Origin: an uncultured Dehalococcoidia bacterium
GTDB lineage: Bacteria > Chloroflexota > Dehalococcoidia > Lucifugimonadales > UBA3495
Length of the DNA stretch: 64,000 nt
Direction of reading: 5' to 3'
Assembly (NCBI GenBank): GCA_950072105.1
Contig: CATMOE010000001.1
Coordinates: forward strand, 32,001-96,000
Shown here piece by piece: positions 59,767 to 64,000 of this stretch. The position numbers were made by a program, and so were the translations under genes. A model generated the notes under the pieces. That model did no database searches. It saw only the letters and a list, made by a program, of their open reading frames with translations, and was not told where the DNA came from. Position 1 is the first letter of the stretch, and each line of letters opens with the position of its first letter.

Positions 59767-60225
59767 GTGTCCGGAGTTAAATTCGACGCTAATCGAATCC
59801 TGGTGCCGGTCAATGGAGACAAGGCCAGTGAGCACGTATTTCGCTGGGCTTGCCAGTTGGCGCGCCAATCCAAAGCCCACCTCCACGCGGTCTACGTCAT
59901 TGAAGTACCTTTGGAGATGCCCTTGGAATCGGAGATTGGCGAGGCCACCGATCGGGGCGAGGAGATCCTGGCCCGTATCGAAGTTATCGCCTCTGAAGAA
60001 AAGTTGAAGGACGTCCACGCCAGGTCCTTAAGAGCCAGACACGCCGGACCTGCCATAGTCATGGAGGCCGAAGACCGCCAGATGGACGCAGTCATCCTGG
60101 GGGTCCCCTACCGCCGGCGCTTTGGCTCCTGCACCTTGGGAACGACCTCCAGCTACATCTTCAACAATGCTCCTTGTCAGGTCATTTTCTGGCGGGAACG
60201 CGCCCCTACCCCAGTGCTTGCCTAA
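59767..60225 (+). CDS. Universal stress protein
   Basis: RILVPVNG, IVMEAE, LGTTSSYIFNNAPCQV. Confidence 0.9.
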   Translation: MSGVKFDANRILVPVNGDKASEHVFRWACQLARQSKAHLHAVYVIEVPLEMPLESEIGEATDRGEEILARIEVIASEEKLKDVHARSLRARHAGPAIVMEAEDRQMDAVILGVPYRRRFGSCTLGTTSSYIFNNAPCQVIFWRERAPTPVLA

Positions 60226-60234
60226 GGCTGCTCC

Positions 60235-60636
60235 ATGCGGGTATTGATTCTGGGATGCGGTAGATTAACCACCACCCTGGTACCAGACTTGGCTGGCAAC
60301 GGCACGGAAATCACCATTCTGTCCCGCGACCGCGAATGCTTGGAATCCGTGTCCGACATCCCCGGTGTGGAAGTTGTGCTGACCATAGAGCCCACCATGC
60401 AGGACTACCTGCAGTTGGCCGGCGTAGATACCACGGACATCTTTTTGGCCTTGTCCGATGACGATCACCGTAACGCTCTTACCGCCCAGATCGCCCGCCA
60501 CATCTTCAACGTGCCAAAAGTGATCTGTCACCTGGACAACCCCCAACTCCAGATTCTATATGCCGGCCTGGGACTGGATGTGGTGGGGTATTCCTTCGGG
60601 CTCCTGCAGGATATCCGGCAGTCCATAGAGAAGTGA
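60235..60636 (+). CDS. TrkA-N-only RCK protein
   Basis: ILGCGR, DDHRN, AQIARHIFNVPKVI; no TrkA-C domain. Confidence 0.85.
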   Translation: MRVLILGCGRLTTTLVPDLAGNGTEITILSRDRECLESVSDIPGVEVVLTIEPTMQDYLQLAGVDTTDIFLALSDDDHRNALTAQIARHIFNVPKVICHLDNPQLQILYAGLGLDVVGYSFGLLQDIRQSIEK

Positions 60637-60646
60637 ACCACATCTG

Positions 60647-61306
60647 ATGTTTGCGGTAATCGTTGGTTGCAGTGAGATTGGATACCATCTGGCCAAGTCC
60701 TTGTTGGCTACCGGCCACGAAGTGGTCGTGATCGAAAAGGACCGGGAGAGATGTCAGTTACTCATCGACGAAGTGGGGGGTATCTCTCTACAGGGCGACG
60801 GCACCGACGAGGTGATCCTTAAACAGGCTGGCTTGGCCCGGGCCGATGTTCTGATAGCCGTTACCGGTCGAGACGATACGAATCTGGTCGTTTGTCAGAT
60901 GACCAAGCATGTGTTCAACGTACCAAGAACCATGGCCGTGATCAGGGATCCCAAGAACGAGGCGCTTTTTCATCTACTGGGAGTCGATGTGGTCGTTAAC
61001 TCGATACATCTCGTCCTTGCCAGCCTGGAGGAAGGCATTCCTGGCCGTCCATTGGTGCATCTGAGCAGCCTGAGCGCGCCTGGCACCGAGTTGATCAGCG
61101 TCTCCATACCCAGTGACGCCGGGGTCGTTGGCATGCGTTTGGAAGACGTTGAGTTGCCGCCCCACAGCTTTATATCTTTGGTGATCAAGAAGGGTGGCGC
61201 GTCGTTGCCGACCGACGGCCTGGTTCTTGAGGCAGACGACGAGCTGGTCGCGGTCACAATGACCGGCGATGAGCAGACCCTTTACGACATTTTGACCGGA
61301 GTATAA
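60647..61306 (+). CDS. TrkA-family potassium uptake protein (RCK N+C)
   Basis: IVGCSEIG, GDGT, AVTGRDDTNL, TrkA-C domain. Confidence 0.88.
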   Translation: MFAVIVGCSEIGYHLAKSLLATGHEVVVIEKDRERCQLLIDEVGGISLQGDGTDEVILKQAGLARADVLIAVTGRDDTNLVVCQMTKHVFNVPRTMAVIRDPKNEALFHLLGVDVVVNSIHLVLASLEEGIPGRPLVHLSSLSAPGTELISVSIPSDAGVVGMRLEDVELPPHSFISLVIKKGGASLPTDGLVLEADDELVAVTMTGDEQTLYDILTGV

Positions 61307-61308
61307 GG

Positions 61309-62148
61309 GTGGTCAAAAGCATCGCATATTTCGGCCCTTCGGGCACCTACACGGAAGAGGCGGCTTTTCAGTACGACCCAAAAGCCAACCTCCATCCCTT
61401 CCCAACCATACCCGCGGTGGGGCTGGCCGTGTCGTCTTCCGCCACCGACCAAGGTGTGGTTCCCATAGAAAACAGCTTGGAAGGGGCGGTGAATAATACC
61501 CTGGATATCTTGATCAGCCAGCCAGACTTGTCCATATTTGGCGAGTTGGTGTTGCCGATCAATCACTATTTGATGGCGAAGCCCGGTACTAACGCCGGCG
61601 GCATCCAGGTCATTTATTCCCATCCCCAGTCGCTGGCGCAATGCCAAGATTACCTGGAACGTGAATTCCCTAACATCCAGCAGGTTGCCTCGCTGAGCAA
61701 TTCAGCTGCCGTTGCCGACATGGAAAAAAGTCCTATTCCGGCCGCGGCCATCGGACCCCGAAGGGCCGCCGCACTTTACGGCGCCGAGATTCTGGACCGG
61801 AACATCCAGGACAGCCCGAATAATATGACCCGGTTCGTGATATTGGCGCTACACGACCACCCGCCCACCGGCGCCGACAAGACATCGATGTGCCTATCTT
61901 TCAATCAAGAAGCGCCCGGCGTCCTTTACCGCGCCTTGAATGAATTTGCGTCCAGAGACGTGAACCTGCGAAAGATAGAGTCCAGGCCCACTAAGCAATT
62001 GCTTGGGCAGTATATCTTCTTGATCGACTGCGACGGCCACCGGGAAGACCCATTGGTGAATGATGCCATTCAAGCCCTCAACACTTCTAACAGTGTGTTG
62101 AAAGTTTTGGGGTCTTACCCGCGTTGGATCGATGCAGAAGCAAAATAA
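61309..62148 (+). CDS. pheA: Prephenate dehydratase
   Basis: GPSGTYTEEAA, PIENS, SHPQ, NMTRF, ACT domain with IESRP. Confidence 0.95.
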   Translation: MVKSIAYFGPSGTYTEEAAFQYDPKANLHPFPTIPAVGLAVSSSATDQGVVPIENSLEGAVNNTLDILISQPDLSIFGELVLPINHYLMAKPGTNAGGIQVIYSHPQSLAQCQDYLEREFPNIQQVASLSNSAAVADMEKSPIPAAAIGPRRAAALYGAEILDRNIQDSPNNMTRFVILALHDHPPTGADKTSMCLSFNQEAPGVLYRALNEFASRDVNLRKIESRPTKQLLGQYIFLIDCDGHREDPLVNDAIQALNTSNSVLKVLGSYPRWIDAEAK

Positions 62149-62335
62149 TACTGGCCCTCCCTCCGGCCACCGCTAAGACCACACCACACGCCAAATTCCC
62201 TACACCGCTTAGCTAGTCACTACCGTAGGAAGGGCCAGCCGGATTGGGCCTTGGCTTTTCTCGAGGTTGATCGCGTCATGCCCAGGCCCGGGATAGCCCT
62301 GATATTTTAGTTTTTCTTAAGAGATCAAATATCCT

Positions 62336-62617
62336 TTATTCTTCGATTTCGTCAGCATCGGATGTCCGGTCGGGGTTCCTATATTCTTGAACTAACTCCA
62401 CCACGCCCCTAACCACTTCCATCACGGTCGGAACCACACTCAACGGACGCGCTACTCGATTTAGCAAGATCCCGGTGATTTCTTCAACGTTCTGGGTCAC
62501 TTGCCTGGTTGACCGATAGACCCGGAAGAGCCATACACTCCACACCACCAGCAACAATGTCGACAGACCGGTGAAGACGATGACGAACACGTCTCGGATA
62601 ATGGCTAACGCTTCTAT
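62336..62617 (-). CDS. Small single-pass membrane protein (start uncertain: GTG 62590 or ATA 62617)
   Basis: One TM helix followed by a helical tail; in-frame ATA-EALAIIRDV preceded by AGGTGAG. Confidence 0.6.
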   Translation of the reverse strand: MEALAIIRDVFVIVFTGLSTLLLVVWSVWLFRVYRSTRQVTQNVEEITGILLNRVARPLSVVPTVMEVVRGVVELVQEYRNPDRTSDADEIEE

Positions 62618-62834
62618 GTGCTCACCTGGAAGTATTTTTATATTTATTTAATATTCCAGCCAAACTTAACAATTATGTCAATGACTTGTCAACGATTTGG
62701 AGACCGAGTTTTTGACATAATCAGTATTTTCTACCTTTATGACAACCCAAACCCATGTGAGTCCCCTGAGCAAGGGTATCGAGTTGATTTTTCTGCTTAG
62801 GCAAACCCTACAACGACGAAATAGCGTCCTTACC

Positions 62835-62932
62835 GTCATCCCGGCGCAGGCCGGGATCCAGGAGCTTTCCGCACAGAGAAGACGAACGAGGAGGAAACCC
62901 GGCTAGGGATCGCGGTGTCCGGAGCAATGACG
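62835..62932. repeat. GTCATCCCGG-family palindromic intergenic element
   Basis: GTCATCCCGGCGCAGGCCGGGATCCA at 62835-62860 plus a degenerate inverted partner ending ATGACG. Confidence 0.65.
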
Positions 62933-63026
62933 AAGGCCAACAAGCCGGCCGTATTCCCAATAAGCTGGGACTCATCCTGGAAGGTCGGAAAATGGGCAGC
63001 TACATTCAAATCCTGGACCGTTCCGG

Positions 63027-64000
63027 TCACCGCAGGTTTCTGTAGATGGAAACTCCTTCGTTGCGATATACCCTTTCGACCAACTGAGATTCGGCAAGTT
63101 CCTCGAATTTCTTTATGCCTTGGGGAGAGTAGTAGATGCGTTCAAGCTCGCCGACCACGACATACTCAACGTTGTATTTATTCAGGAGGAACCGGGCGCG
63201 TTCCAAGTCACTGGTTTCGTAGATCTCCTTGACCCGGGCCGCCCGGTCGCGGACCGTATAGTCGTAGTCCATTCGCTGTTGTATCTGATGCCAGGGCCAG
63301 CCCAACACCGTGGGTAGCCCGGTGTAGGTGGCGATGCGGCCGGCCCAATGATATTGATCGTTGTGGGCCTCCAGCACCACCGGCGAACCTGCCACATTGT
63401 TCTGCAGCCATTGGATCGCCTCCAGGTCCCACTTCAGATTGACCGGTTGTTCCAACTCCCGGTGCACGGCCTGTTCCATATAGGCCGTACCATCCAGGGT
63501 AAAAAGCCCGTCGTTGAACCGGTCGGCCACGCGGTCCTGGGTCCCCATTACTGTGTAAATCAAGCTGGAACCGACGAGAACAGCAAGTACGGCCATCCAG
63601 GTCCTTCTCCGCCAATTCGGACCATCCTGGGAGCGGGCCTGGGACCCCAGATACCAAAGCATGTAGGCCACGGCCAGACTGAACAGCACCCATACTTCCA
63701 AGTAGTACTTGAATTGGGTATTCATGCGGCCGATGTCGCCTTCCAAACGCACCAAGTCCACCCCAACGCTGATAGCCAGGCCCATGCCCAGCAGCAGCAG
63801 CGGCAATATGGCAAATGGACCGCCGATCTCTTTGGACCGCAGGACGTCTCGGACCGCAACCCCCGCTAGGACCAACACACCCATCAGAAGCGCGGCCGTC
63901 CAGAATTCGGCGGCGGCCAGGTATACCGCTAAAAGCAGTCCAACCGCGCAGGCCGTTCTGGGCCAAGATATGCTCCTGCTAAAGATACCTAAGCCCTGCG
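63027..64000 (-). CDS. DUF2298 / Chlor_Arch_YYY-like membrane protein, C-terminal part (truncated by right edge)
   Basis: RMNTQFKYY, TLDG.AYM, AIQWL, TGLPTVLGW.WH..QQR, YVVVGELERIYY. Frame is open by hand translation from 63884 to the window end. Confidence 0.8.
   Translation of the reverse strand, partial: QGLGIFSRSISWPRTACAVGLLLAVYLAAAEFWTAALLMGVLVLAGVAVRDVLRSKEIGGPFAILPLLLLGMGLAISVGVDLVRLEGDIGRMNTQFKYYLEVWVLFSLAVAYMLWYLGSQARSQDGPNWRRRTWMAVLAVLVGSSLIYTVMGTQDRVADRFNDGLFTLDGTAYMEQAVHRELEQPVNLKWDLEAIQWLQNNVAGSPVVLEAHNDQYHWAGRIATYTGLPTVLGWPWHQIQQRMDYDYTVRDRAARVKEIYETSDLERARFLLNKYNVEYVVVGELERIYYSPQGIKKFEELAESQLVERVYRNEGVSIYRNLR

Overview
Gene-dense, moderately GC-rich bacterial chromosome segment. 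The gene content suggests Chloroflexota/Dehalococcoidia, probably SAR202-like (inference). It includes three luciferase-like monooxygenases, two xanthine-dehydrogenase-family Mo subunits, two cyclic amidohydrolases, four MFS transporters, a Chlor_Arch_YYY/DUF2298-like membrane protein, many lipoproteins, leuS, pheA, lhr and a Ktr/Trk potassium cluster. No rRNA, tRNA, CRISPR array, transposase or integrase was seen. The most notable feature is a minus-strand cluster of three copper lipoprotein genes at 27723-36238. Two of them fuse a double blue-copper (cupredoxin) module to different hydrolase folds (SMP-30/gluconolactonase propeller and metallo-beta-lactamase); the latter gene is broken by two adjacent frameshifts. 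The third is a 1422-aa six-domain MnxG/ceruloplasmin-type multicopper oxidase. Also notable: a LuxR gene beside a chimeric DUF4255(Pvc16-like)-TPR gene that may be a contractile-injection-system remnant, a family of palindromic intergenic repeats with a nested hairpin, a tandem MFS duplication that includes its promoter, and an AT-rich ORF-free gap. All family calls come from motif recognition by eye, not from database searches.
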